Assembly: GCA_947632245.1 (NCBI GenBank)
Contig: CANRON010000001.1
Coordinates: forward strand, 1-63,469
From: an uncultured Ignatzschineria sp.
GTDB taxonomy: Bacteria > Pseudomonadota > Gammaproteobacteria > Cardiobacteriales > Wohlfahrtiimonadaceae
DNA length: 63,469 nucleotides
Direction of reading: 5' to 3'
The position numbers and the translations under genes were made by a program. Shown here piece after piece: positions 9,790-19,811 of the stretch; position 1 is the stretch's first letter; each line of letters begins with the position of its first letter. Below the pieces are notes generated by a model. It ran no database searches. It was not told the DNA's origin and worked only from the letters and a program-made list of their open reading frames with translations.

Positions 9790-12240
9790 ATGTCTCAAAA
9801 AAAAGATAAATTTTCGGAATTACCCATTTTAGCGTTACGTGATCTGGTGGTTTTTCCTGGCACGAAAACGCCACTTCTTGTGGGAAGACCGCTCTCAATC
9901 GGCGCCCTTGAGATGGCATCTGAAGTTGATAATCGTGTCTTATTGATGAGCTTAAAAGATCCCGATGAAGAAGAGATTACGATGGATACTGTGTATCACA
10001 CAGGGGTTGTTGTCCGTATTGTTTCTAGTAAGTTGTCTAAGGGGGGATCTTATCAGATCACTTTAGAAGCGATTGAGCGCGTAAAATTAAAAGAGACAAA
10101 GTCGTTAGTTTATGAAAATAGCGACGGTTTTGTTTTTGATTTTGTTATGGGAAGCTACGAGCTCGCACCCTTTGAAGATACGTTAACACCGGCGGAAGCC
10201 GAGGTTTATTACGTGACATTTGAAAAGTTGGTGAAGAAGCTACTTGAAAATGCACAAATCAAACAATTAACGCCAGAAACCTTACTCGAAGATAAGGCGC
10301 TTTTCCCGCTAATAATGAAACTTGCGTGTGAAATCCCGATGTCTGTTGAGAAAAAACAGTTGATTCTTTCAGCGGATAAATTATCAGATGCCGCGGATGT
10401 GTTGATTGATAACTTAACGGTTGAACTCAATATTATTGATCTTCAGCGTCGCATTCATGGGTTAGTACAGACGCAAATTTCAAAAAATCAGCGTGAATAT
10501 TATTTAAATGAACAAGTCAAAGCGATTCATAAAGAATTAGATGAGCTGAATGATTCAGGGCTTTCTGAGTTAGAAGAGCTTGAAGAACGTATTCGCGAGG
10601 CTAAAATGCCGGTTGAAGCGGAGACGAAAGCATTAAATGAAGTAAAACGCTTAAAAACAATGCCGCCAATGTCAGCGGAAGGAACTGTTGCAAGAACGTA
10701 TATTGATTGGTTGTTGAAGATGCCATGGAATAAACGTTCACGTTTACGCTTTGGTCTACCGACTGCAAAAAAGGTTCTAGATAGAGATCACTCAGGCCTT
10801 GAGAAGGTGAAAGATCACGTTCTTGAGCATCTTGCGGTGATTAGTCATACGAAAACGAAAAAGGGCGATATTCTCTGCTTTATTGGCCCTCCTGGTGTGG
10901 GTAAAACTTCACTTGCGAAATCGATCGCGGAAGCGACGGGGCGTGAGTTTGTGCGCATGAGTTTGGGGGGCGTGAATGATGAGTCTGAGATTCGTGGACA
11001 TAGACGTACTTATATTGGTGCGATGCCAGGGAAACTTGTGCAGCTATTAGCAAAGGCCAAAACTAAAAACCCGCTCATTTTATTAGATGAGTTAGATAAG
11101 ACGGGCCAAACCCATAAAGGGGATCCTGCTGCGGCGCTCTTAGAGGTTTTAGATCCTGCACAAAATGACACTTTTAGTGATCATTATCTCGATGTCGATA
11201 TTGATCTCTCTGAAGTCATGTTTATCGCAACGGCAAATAGCTACAATATTCCAGGGCCACTTCGTGACCGAATGGATATTATTGAGTTATCGAGTTATAC
11301 AGAGCTTGAAAAACTCGAAATCGCGAAAGAACATCTTATCCCTGATCGTTATAAAGAAAATGGCTTAACGAAAGAAGAGCTGAAATTTACAGATGAAGGC
11401 ATACTTTTCTTAATCAATCATTATACAAAAGAGGCCGGGGTTCGTAATTTAACGCGTGAGCTCAATACCATTTGCCGGAAGTTTATTAAAGAGCGCATGC
11501 TCGAGAAAGATAAGACCCGTAAGGGGGAAGTGATTGATGCTGCGCGTGTTAAGCACTACCTCGGTTCGACAAAATATCGTTATGGGATTAAACCCGATGA
11601 GCATGAAGTCGGCTACGTCAATGGTCTTGCTTGGACGCAAGTAGGTGGCGATTTACTCGGCATAGAAGTGCAGTTAGTACCCGGAAAAGGGGAGCTTATT
11701 GCAACGGGAAGTTTGGGTGATGTGATGAAAGAGTCTGTCAGAACTGCATTAACTGTTATTCGCGCACGTAGTAACTACTATGGCTTACCGGAGAACTTCT
11801 ATAAGAAATGGGATATCCATGTACATGCACCTGAAGGCGCAATTCCTAAAGATGGTCCAAGTGCCGGTGCTGCTATTACATTAGCGATTCTCTCAGCGTT
11901 ATTGGGCGTTCCTATTCGTTCTGACATTGCGATGACGGGAGAAATTACGCTTCGCGGTCATGTGTTAATTATTGGCGGATTGAAAGAGAAGTTAATCGCA
12001 GCGGAAAGAGCAGGTATCCGCACGGTGCTGATTCCGGAAGAAAACACAAAAGATTTAGAAGATATCCCTGATTATATTATTAATAATTTAGAGATTATCC
12101 CTGTTAAATCATTTGACGAGGTTGTTGAACACGCTTTAACGCAATCACCTACCATATCAGATGGTTATCAGAGATTTGATAGCTTTACGCTGATCGCGGA
12201 AGAAAGTGATGAGATCAAAAATAGAGCGAAAACACATTGA
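9790..12240 (+). CDS. lon: ATP-dependent protease La (Lon)
   Basis: [14 protein letters not shown]-domain, [15 protein letters not shown], catalytic PKDGPSAG and GGLKEK. Confidence 0.97.
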   Translation: MSQKKDKFSELPILALRDLVVFPGTKTPLLVGRPLSIGALEMASEVDNRVLLMSLKDPDEEEITMDTVYHTGVVVRIVSSKLSKGGSYQITLEAIERVKLKETKSLVYENSDGFVFDFVMGSYELAPFEDTLTPAEAEVYYVTFEKLVKKLLENAQIKQLTPETLLEDKALFPLIMKLACEIPMSVEKKQLILSADKLSDAADVLIDNLTVELNIIDLQRRIHGLVQTQISKNQREYYLNEQVKAIHKELDELNDSGLSELEELEERIREAKMPVEAETKALNEVKRLKTMPPMSAEGTVARTYIDWLLKMPWNKRSRLRFGLPTAKKVLDRDHSGLEKVKDHVLEHLAVISHTKTKKGDILCFIGPPGVGKTSLAKSIAEATGREFVRMSLGGVNDESEIRGHRRTYIGAMPGKLVQLLAKAKTKNPLILLDELDKTGQTHKGDPAAALLEVLDPAQNDTFSDHYLDVDIDLSEVMFIATANSYNIPGPLRDRMDIIELSSYTELEKLEIAKEHLIPDRYKENGLTKEELKFTDEGILFLINHYTKEAGVRNLTRELNTICRKFIKERMLEKDKTRKGEVIDAARVKHYLGSTKYRYGIKPDEHEVGYVNGLAWTQVGGDLLGIEVQLVPGKGELIATGSLGDVMKESVRTALTVIRARSNYYGLPENFYKKWDIHVHAPEGAIPKDGPSAGAAITLAILSALLGVPIRSDIAMTGEITLRGHVLIIGGLKEKLIAAERAGIRTVLIPEENTKDLEDIPDYIINNLEIIPVKSFDEVVEHALTQSPTISDGYQRFDSFTLIAEESDEIKNRAKTH

Positions 12241-12245
12241 AATAC

Positions 12246-12274
12246 TTGACTTGGAGCGGTTGCGGACGTATAAA
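12246..12274 (+). promoter_or_regulatory. Sigma70-type promoter for the HU gene
   Basis: TTGACT - 17 bp - TATAAA, about 95 nt upstream of the HU start. Confidence 0.55.
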
Positions 12275-12369
12275 TCTATACAGAATTAACAAAGTTTGTT
12301 AATTTGATTAGACATAAGCACTGAACTATAGTGCAAATTGCATGTTTTTTTAATAGTAGGAAATAATTT

Positions 12370-12648
12370 ATGAACAAAACTGAATTGATTGCTGCAGTTG
12401 CAGAAAAAACGGAAATGACGAAAGTAGCTTCTGCGAAAGCAGTTGAAGCAGTGATGGAAACAATTACTGAAGCGCTCGCTAGCGGCGATAGCGTAACTTT
12501 AATTGGTTTCGGTACATTCACAGTACGTGATCGTGCTGCACGCGTTGGTCGTGACCCACGTAACCCTGAAAAAGAAATTCAGATCAAAGCTTCACGTGTA
12601 CCAGCTTTCAAAGCAGGTAAAGGTTTACGCGAGTCAGTAAACAAATAA
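12370..12648 (+). CDS. hupB: DNA-binding protein HU
   Basis: [13 protein letters not shown]...GFGTF...R.GR.P...[10 protein letters not shown]; canonical position downstream of lon. Confidence 0.92.
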   Translation: MNKTELIAAVAEKTEMTKVASAKAVEAVMETITEALASGDSVTLIGFGTFTVRDRAARVGRDPRNPEKEIQIKASRVPAFKAGKGLRESVNK

Positions 12649-12674
12649 GTATTGACTACTTATCAAGAATGATT

Positions 12675-12708
12675 AAAAGGCTTTAGTACAGTGTGCTAAA
12701 GCCTTTTT
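12675..12708 (+). terminator. Intrinsic terminator after HU
   Basis: AAAAGGCTTTAGTAC-agt-GTGCTAAAGCCTTTTT hairpin with T tail. Confidence 0.8.
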
Positions 12709-12762
12709 AGCATCATAAAGTATCAGATGTATAGAGTCTTTCGCGGATGCTCGTTATAATAA

Positions 12763-13353
12763 TTGCTTTCGCAGAAAGAGCATTCAAATTCAATGGGAGA
12801 GTTGTTGATGGTAGATGAGCATATTCCTCAAAGTGTAACGTATGAGTTATTGCAAGCACAGTTTCAGGGTCTAAATTTAGCAGAAGCACAAGGCGTGTTA
12901 GCAGCGCTGCTGTGTGGGACTTCTTTTGACCATTTTAAAGATTGGTTAAAAGAGTTAGAGCATATTCGTTTTGATGAGTCGCCTCTCAATGAAGAGATAT
13001 TGAAGATTCTCTATGATAAAACGCTTGATGAGATGAACTCTACGGAGTTTAACCTCAGACTCCTGATTGCAGATGAGGATCAGATTAAAGAGCGTATTGA
13101 GGGTTTTATCAAATGGTGTCATGGTTTTGGCTACGGGTTTGGTCTATCGAGTGAGCTATATGGGCAGTTGGATGAAGATGGTAAGGACTTCATCCGTTAT
13201 ATTTTGGAGTTTTCAGCGCTCGATACGGATGAGGTGTTAGAGGGATTGGTCGATGAGAGTGATCGTCTTGCGCTCGAGGAGCTGATCGAGTTTGTTCGTG
13301 TTGGTGCCTTAATGCTCTATTTTCATCTAAAGGATCAACCTAAGGTTCATTAG
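12763..13353 (+). CDS. UPF0149 (YgfB/YecA) family protein
   Basis: AEAQGVLAALLCG, WCHGFGYGFGL, ALEELIEFVRVG; probable start ATG 12808 after GGAGAG. Confidence 0.8.
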   Translation: MLSQKEHSNSMGELLMVDEHIPQSVTYELLQAQFQGLNLAEAQGVLAALLCGTSFDHFKDWLKELEHIRFDESPLNEEILKILYDKTLDEMNSTEFNLRLLIADEDQIKERIEGFIKWCHGFGYGFGLSSELYGQLDEDGKDFIRYILEFSALDTDEVLEGLVDESDRLALEELIEFVRVGALMLYFHLKDQPKVH

Positions 13354-13431
13354 TTTTAGAACGGCTGAATATAAAACAAAAATAAATATAATCTAATATT
13401 TTCAATATCTCTAATTATTAACAATATATTT

Positions 13432-14280
13432 GTGGTTGATAATCGTGAATTGATTAATATCTTTTATTTTGATTATAAGGGGCTAAATTCAATCATGTCG
13501 GAGAAAATGCGCTATCAACTGATAGATACCCATATCCACCTTAATTCATCTATTTATGCGGTGGATTTGCCCGCATTACTAAACGCAGCCATCGCTCAAG
13601 GAATTGATAGATGGATTTTGCCCAGTACTGAGCTCGCAGATATTCCAAGACAAATTAAGATAAGCCAGCAATTTAACGGGGTATTGAATGGATTTGGTAT
13701 CCACCCTTGGTTTACTGAGGGGCTTACGGATGATTGGTTATCGGTTTTAGAGACGAGTATAGAGCTACATCATCCTGTCGCTATTGGTGAGTGTGGGCTT
13801 GACTTTTCGAGATCAAATACTGCCTTACAGCAGGATGTTTTTGAAAAACAGGTCGCGCTTGCTGTAAGGCATGACTTGCCACTGATCATTCACTCTTATA
13901 AGGCGGTTGATTCGGTATTAAAGATATTAAGAAAGTATCCTACTGCCCGTGGTGTATTTCATGCGATTAATGCGAGTGTTCAGCAGCTTGAGCAAATTTT
14001 GGCATTAGGCTTTTATGTCGGGTTTGGGGGAGCTGTCACTTATGATCGGGCAAAGCGGCTACAGAAGTTGTTAGCTAAGACACCGATGGAGAGAATATTA
14101 CTCGAAACTGATGGCCCTTTTCAGGTGGGTGCGTATAAAGATTCTCAGTTACCGAATTTACCGGAAGATCTCATTCATATTGCGCATTTTATTGCAGAAC
14201 AAAAAATACGAACCTATTCAGAAATTGCTAAGATAACTACTGATAATGCAATTCATTTATTTAATTTGGAGATAAAATGA
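13432..14280 (+). CDS. TatD family metal-dependent hydrolase/DNase
   Basis: IDTHIHL, GIHP, IGECGLD, IIHS, FHA, LETDGP; true start probably 13495 or 13507. Confidence 0.9.
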   Translation: MVDNRELINIFYFDYKGLNSIMSEKMRYQLIDTHIHLNSSIYAVDLPALLNAAIAQGIDRWILPSTELADIPRQIKISQQFNGVLNGFGIHPWFTEGLTDDWLSVLETSIELHHPVAIGECGLDFSRSNTALQQDVFEKQVALAVRHDLPLIIHSYKAVDSVLKILRKYPTARGVFHAINASVQQLEQILALGFYVGFGGAVTYDRAKRLQKLLAKTPMERILLETDGPFQVGAYKDSQLPNLPEDLIHIAHFIAEQKIRTYSEIAKITTDNAIHLFNLEIK

Positions 14281-15332
14281 CTATAAAGAAACCTGCACGA
14301 TTATCTCAATTACTCTCCATTGAGTTTCCGATTGTTCAAGCCCCCCTCTATCACGGTGGTTCGACTGAATTGGTTGCAGAAGTATCAAATAATGGTGGGC
14401 TTGGAATGATTGCCGGAGGGTTTTTGACGCCAGAAGCGCTTTTGCATGAAATCGAAGCTGTCAGGGCGTTAACAGATCAACCCTTTGGTGTGAACTTAAT
14501 GGTAACGCGAGAAAATACGTTAGAGCTCTCTCAGTATGAAGCGGCACTTAAGCAGATGAAAGCATTTGCCGGTGCTGAAGAGATTGATTTAGAGAGTCTA
14601 AACACGGAAGCTTGGGCCCTGTCCCCCTTTTCAGACTTAATTGATGTCTTAGTAGAGGCGTCGGTACCTGTTGTGAGTTTCTCGATGGGGATTCCTACTG
14701 AGGAAGATCTTCAACTCTTGAAAAAGAGCAATATTAAAGTCATAGGACATTCAACGCATATGCTTGAAGCTTTACTGTGGGAGGAGCGTGGGGTAGATGC
14801 GCATCTGTTACAAGGCATTGAGTCAGGAGGAATGCGTAATACTTTTATCGGTGATGCCGAGAAGATTACTTTTAGTGCGCAATCTCTTATTCATCAGGCG
14901 CTATCCGTGTTGGAAAAGCCCTTTATGGTATCAGGCGGGATCTATAATAAATCCCTCTTTGCATCGATGATTATTCAAGGTGCGGATGGGGTTGCGATCG
15001 GTACGGCGTTTATGATGACACCAGAGTCAGGTTTAACAGAAGCAGAATATGTACAGCTCAAAAGAAGTAATGAATATGATAGCGTAATGACTTCTCATTG
15101 GACTGGAATTTTAGGGCGTTGTTTCAGTAACTTTGGCACCCAAGTATTGCGCGAAATTGAAGGACAAACATTACCCTTTCCTGAACAACTCTTTTTAGTG
15201 CATGCAGCGACAATTGATCTCTTAGAAGAGGGCGATACACCTGAGGAATTTCAACCGATCTGGGCGAGCGTGAATGCGCCGTTTTGCCATCGAGTATCTG
15301 TGAAGATTTTGATGGATTCTTTAGTGAACTAA
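14277..15332 (+). CDS. Nitronate monooxygenase / NAD(P)H-dependent flavin oxidoreductase family protein (divergent)
   Basis: PIVQAP, VSNNGGLG, TDQPFGVNL, VVSFSMG, QG.E.GG, GADGVAIGTAF; ATGA overlap with tatD. Confidence 0.82.
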   Translation: MTIKKPARLSQLLSIEFPIVQAPLYHGGSTELVAEVSNNGGLGMIAGGFLTPEALLHEIEAVRALTDQPFGVNLMVTRENTLELSQYEAALKQMKAFAGAEEIDLESLNTEAWALSPFSDLIDVLVEASVPVVSFSMGIPTEEDLQLLKKSNIKVIGHSTHMLEALLWEERGVDAHLLQGIESGGMRNTFIGDAEKITFSAQSLIHQALSVLEKPFMVSGGIYNKSLFASMIIQGADGVAIGTAFMMTPESGLTEAEYVQLKRSNEYDSVMTSHWTGILGRCFSNFGTQVLREIEGQTLPFPEQLFLVHAATIDLLEEGDTPEEFQPIWASVNAPFCHRVSVKILMDSLVN

Positions 15333-15398
15333 ACACATACCTTTTAGGATTTACCTGTTTTCAGATTCTTCGGGTCTGATATTGAATGGTCAAATAAA

Positions 15399-15434
15399 GA
15401 AAGATGCCGATTTGCTTTAACGGCATCCTTTTTT
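15399..15434. terminator. Terminator between convergent genes, possibly bidirectional
   Basis: GATGCCG...CGGCATC stem followed by T run. Confidence 0.6.
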
Positions 15435-15452
15435 ATTCATGAAGATTGCGAA

Positions 15453-16307
15453 TTAATCTTTCCAATACAATTCGCCTTTGCCTAAATATCTATTTTGCCC
15501 ACCAATCCAGATGGATTGATCTTTCTGAACTTGTAGGTATAGGATGGATTCCTTTTGAATCAAGCGACCTTGTGTAATTTTCCACGAGAAATCATTCTGA
15601 TTATTGAGGACTTGGTAGCCGCCTAAATTAGCTGCAGCGGATCCTGTACCACTATCTTCCCCCAGTAATCCCTCTTTGAGATAAAAGTAACGTGCATAGA
15701 TTTCATTGCTCGCATTTTTTGCCCATGCATAGATGATAGTACGGCCGGCATAGAGGCTTGCATATTGTTTGAAAAGCGGGAGATCAATGATGATACTATC
15801 GATTGCGTGAGGATCTTTCAATTCAACGATAAGTTGTTCAGAGCCCGTATTTACCCATATTGGTAGGCTGACAATCTGATCGCGGACTACCCCTAACATA
15901 TTCGCGGTAGTATCGTAGTCTAGTTCACTTTTTCGAGATATGGGCGCTTGAGGCGCTTTTATCCAGTATATTTCTGATTCATGGTCAATTTGTGTAGAAA
16001 CAGTGCCGGCCATACATTGAATGCTTGTAAAGGGCGCGTTATTTCGAACAATATCGAGGATCTCTAGTGCACCAATAACTGGATGCCCCGCAAATGGCAG
16101 TACTTGCATCGGCGTGAAGATATGTAAGATAGGCTGCATTTTTTTAGCATCTTCTATAAACACCGTTTCAGCTTGATTCATCATCGTGGCAATTTTTTGC
16201 ATCGCATTTGTTGAAAGCGGTGTATCTAAGATGAAAACAGGTAGGGGAGTACCTTTATCTTGCTGTGTTGTAAAAACATTAATCCAGTAATAAGTGAGTT
16301 TTTGCAT
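15453..16307 (-). CDS. PhzF/DAP-epimerase-like isomerase
   Basis: VFT..., MQKIA..MNQAETVF, IFTP...LPFAGHP, ED..TGSAAA. Confidence 0.85.
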   Translation of the reverse strand: MQKLTYYWINVFTTQQDKGTPLPVFILDTPLSTNAMQKIATMMNQAETVFIEDAKKMQPILHIFTPMQVLPFAGHPVIGALEILDIVRNNAPFTSIQCMAGTVSTQIDHESEIYWIKAPQAPISRKSELDYDTTANMLGVVRDQIVSLPIWVNTGSEQLIVELKDPHAIDSIIIDLPLFKQYASLYAGRTIIYAWAKNASNEIYARYFYLKEGLLGEDSGTGSAAANLGGYQVLNNQNDFSWKITQGRLIQKESILYLQVQKDQSIWIGGQNRYLGKGELYWKD

Positions 16308-16481
16308 TTGATATTTCCAGATGAAGACATCGATTTTTTAAATTGAGGATGAGTATAAAAGAATTCTCTTGTGGTGAAAACACCCTTAATTTAAAAAACA
16401 CTGAAAACTACTTACATCAGATCTACTTTGACGAACTAATACGCGCTAGAGGCTGGAAAAATGGCAGCTTTAGCCATTCAC

Positions 16482-17147
16482 TTACTCATCTGTTTTATCG
16501 AGATATTGGCATTCATTATAAACAAGGCATGAGCCGCAGCGAGGTTTACGTGCGACGCAGGTATAACGGCCATGCAAAATCAACCAATGATGGGCATCTA
16601 GAAGAAATGCTTTTGGAATTCTTTTGAGGAGTTTATCCTCGACCTCTCGGACATCTTTACCTGGGGCTAAGCCCATGCGATTGGAAATTCTAAAGATATG
16701 AGTATCTACCGCCATTGTTGGCTGTCGAAATGCAGTATTGAGTATAACGTTTGCTGTTTTTCGCCCAACGCCAGGTAATGATTCAAGAGCAGCTCTATCT
16801 GCAGGCACTTCGCCTTTATATTTGGTGGCTAAAATTTCACATGTTTTATAGAGATTGGCACCTTTAGAGTTATAAAGCCCGAGCGTTTTAATGTACTCTT
16901 TAATTTTATCCTCCCCTAACTCAAACATCGTTTGGGGGGTATTGGCGGCTTTAAAAAGATGGATAGTGGCTTTATTGACACCGACATCGGTGGATTGTGC
17001 TGATAGAAGTACGGCGACGAGCAGCTCAAAAGTCGAGCTATAAACGAGTTCAGTTTTAGGTTCTGGATTGTCATTGCGTAAAATTGTAAAGAAGCGTGTA
17101 ATCTCTTCTTTGGTCATTAGACGTTTATATTCTTTTTTCTTGCTCAT
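16482..17147 (-). CDS. nth: Endonuclease III
   Basis: LLSAQSTD, HhH LPGVGRKTANV, VDTH, C-X6-C-X2-C-X5-C cluster motif. Confidence 0.96.
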   Translation of the reverse strand: MSKKKEYKRLMTKEEITRFFTILRNDNPEPKTELVYSSTFELLVAVLLSAQSTDVGVNKATIHLFKAANTPQTMFELGEDKIKEYIKTLGLYNSKGANLYKTCEILATKYKGEVPADRAALESLPGVGRKTANVILNTAFRQPTMAVDTHIFRISNRMGLAPGKDVREVEDKLLKRIPKAFLLDAHHWLILHGRYTCVARKPRCGSCLVYNECQYLDKTDE

Positions 17148-17289
17148 AATGGGACTTCTTTTATTATTTTATTTTCAAATTAAACACTAACATCAATTTT
17201 CGGTCAAAATGTTCGATCCGTAATATTGGACTTACTTCAGGAGTTTTCTTCAGAAAACCACTTCAGTTTTACATTAAGTGTTGCGAATC

Positions 17290-17934
17290 TTATTTTTGAT
17301 TAAATTCCTGGCGTGCGAGATTAATCAGATCGAGCATGCTCGATTTTGAGGTGGGATTAGCGAGCTCTTTCTCTTGCGGCGGTTGAGTATCTGTGATGTT
17401 ATTTCGTGCATTTTCGCGTTGCTTTTTAGCATTAAAGCGCTTGCGAGAACTCTCTGCACGCGCTTGTTCCCACTGACTTAAACCTACTTCAGATTCGCCA
17501 AGCCTTGGGTCTAATTCTTCAATCACAATGCAGTTAAGCGGGCAAGGGGGTAAGCAGAGCTCGCAGCCGGTACATTCATCAGTAATCACGGTATGCATTA
17601 AGCGATGGGCGCCCACAATCGCATCGACGGGGCAGGCTAGGATACATTTTAAGCAGCCGATACAGAACTCTTCTTCAATTCTTACGACTTGTGGGGGCTT
17701 ATATTCACCGAGTGAGGTATCGAGGGGAATGATAGGCGTATCGAGCAATTGGCTCAAAGATGCAATAACAGGGTCGCCGCCAGGAGGGCAACGGTTGATA
17801 GGGGCATTATCATTCACAATGGCTTCAGCGTACGCGAAGCATCCTTTAAACTCGCACTGTTCGCACTGTGTTTGAGGCAGAAGAAGATCGATTTGTGTGA
17901 TGAGTTCCTGAGGGGAATCAGCATATCTATTCAT
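17290..17934 (-). CDS. rnfB: RnfB/RsxB-like ferredoxin (stand-alone)
   Basis: LPQTQCEQC....C...CPPGG plus two CxxCxxCxxxCP motifs; directly upstream of nth. Confidence 0.85.
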   Translation of the reverse strand: MNRYADSPQELITQIDLLLPQTQCEQCEFKGCFAYAEAIVNDNAPINRCPPGGDPVIASLSQLLDTPIIPLDTSLGEYKPPQVVRIEEEFCIGCLKCILACPVDAIVGAHRLMHTVITDECTGCELCLPPCPLNCIVIEELDPRLGESEVGLSQWEQARAESSRKRFNAKKQRENARNNITDTQPPQEKELANPTSKSSMLDLINLARQEFNQK

Positions 17935-18370
17935 AAATGTATTAAATTTGTCAGTTAAATAAGCATTAGGCTCATAATCATAGGGGATTGAGCAGACTTT
18001 CGCAATGCTTGTCCGTTCAATGTCCCTTCATTTTAGCGATAATAAGGTAAGAGGGTTATGCGTGATTTGATAGAAATAGCTATGTGTAGCTAAAATTAAT
18101 ACTACTGCATGTCAGAAAATGCGTAAAATAGACATAATATTGATTATGTTAGAGATTCGTTTCTATTTATCTTGTGACTATGCTTGAATGGTTCCGAGAA
18201 AGAGTGGATAGATGCATCTATGAAGAGGGTATTGTTGGTAGAACCCGCCTCACTTTTTTCACCTCTTTACTAAATATAATCAGATTATGAACGCATGGAG
18301 ACCTCAGGGAATAGAAATATTTTAGAGTGGCTATCAACGGTGCAGATTCTTTTAATGGGTAGGAGCTTAT

Positions 18371-19450
18371 ATGAAGTTTGATCGCGTCAATCGTCTGATT
18401 TTTTTATGGATCGGGATTATTTTTACGATATTTATTATCCATCGTCTATCTTCGGTACTGATCCCTTTTTTGATTGCATTTGGACTTGCTTATCTTGGGA
18501 ATCCCATTGTTCAAAAAATTGAGCATAAACGAATACCTAGGGTGCTTGCCGTATCGATTGTATTTGCAGGGTTTTTATTGCTAATCGCTCTTTTCTTAAC
18601 AGTTGTCGTTCCTGAATTGATCAATCAGATTTTAATATTTGTGGACAAGATTCCGACATACTATTTCTGGGTACAAGATAATGTGTTTCCGCGATTCGAA
18701 CGAATATTATCAATGGAGGATATTCATGCCAATCAAGAGACTGCCCGAAAAGCTTTAACAAAATCGTTGAATCTAATAGGCTCGATTACTTCCAAGATTG
18801 CACCGTCCATTACAGGGGTGATATTAGGGATTATTGGTTTTGCAGTTAGCTTATTTTTAATTCCGATGATTACGTTCTATGTCATGCGAGATTGGTCAAC
18901 GATCACAGAGAAAATTGAAACCTTAATTCCTAGAGGGATATTTCCGCAGACAAAAAGCTTTTTGCATGAAGCAAATCATATGTTAAGTAGCTTTTTGCGC
19001 GGACAGCTGACAGTGATGCTCTGTTTAGCTTGTATTTATGGCGTAGGATTGAGCATTATTGGCGTAGAGTATAGCTTGGTTATTGGTATGATTGCAGGGC
19101 TCATCAGTTTTATCCCTTACTTTGGGGCAACTTCTGGCGTCATCATGGGCTTACTTGTCACATGGTTTCAGTATGGCACAATCACGCATCTAGCACTTGT
19201 TGGGGGTGTGTTTGCGATTGGTCAACTGATGGAAAGCTTTGTCTTAACCCCCATTTTAATTGGTGATAAACTGGGGATGCATCCTGTTGCGGTTGTATTT
19301 GCATTGATGGCAGGGGGAAGCCTATTTGGATTTACGGGTATATTGTTGGCATTACCTATCTGTGCAGTCTTGATGGTGGCACTACGTAGGCTATATCATT
19401 GGTATACCAATAGTGATTTTTATAAGGGTGGAAGTGCTCGGGTAGAGTAA
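18371..19450 (+). CDS. AI-2E family (PerM-like) transporter
   Basis: PFLIAFGLAYLGNP, FLRGQ, ISFIPYFG, LTPILIGDKLGMHP, FGFTGILLALP. Confidence 0.9.
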   Translation: MKFDRVNRLIFLWIGIIFTIFIIHRLSSVLIPFLIAFGLAYLGNPIVQKIEHKRIPRVLAVSIVFAGFLLLIALFLTVVVPELINQILIFVDKIPTYYFWVQDNVFPRFERILSMEDIHANQETARKALTKSLNLIGSITSKIAPSITGVILGIIGFAVSLFLIPMITFYVMRDWSTITEKIETLIPRGIFPQTKSFLHEANHMLSSFLRGQLTVMLCLACIYGVGLSIIGVEYSLVIGMIAGLISFIPYFGATSGVIMGLLVTWFQYGTITHLALVGGVFAIGQLMESFVLTPILIGDKLGMHPVAVVFALMAGGSLFGFTGILLALPICAVLMVALRRLYHWYTNSDFYKGGSARVE

Positions 19451-19510
19451 CATTTTTATAAAGACCACTAAAACTGTCCATAAATATCTAAAAGTAGCCA
19501 ATAAATTGGG

Positions 19511-19546
19511 AAGGGGCGTAGAAAAGGTAATTTCTATGCCCTTTTT
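19511..19546 (+). terminator. Intrinsic terminator after the AI-2E gene
   Basis: AAGGGGCGTAGAAA...TTTCTATGCCCTTTTT hairpin. Confidence 0.7.
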
Positions 19547-19811
19547 GTTGGTGAGTGAAGACTTGAAAAATCAACGATAACGGCTATAAATATAAAGACT
19601 TAAATCATTAAAAGTGATGGGGTGTATTAATATATTTGTTTTTATAGTCGAAATGCGCTTATATGTATCTAATTATGTTACATGCAACCGGGTTTGATAA
19701 TGACCAGTTGCAGAGCAAAATTTATTACTGGTAAATGTTACTGATAAAAATTAATAAAATAAGAAATATCGAGTGATAAGCTTGATTGACTGTCGTCCTG
19801 AGGAGGATTAT

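Noticed and set aside
16343-16627. 94-aa plus-strand ORF partly intergenic between phzF and nth
   Set aside because: TTG start without a clear RBS; half is antisense to nth; no family resemblance
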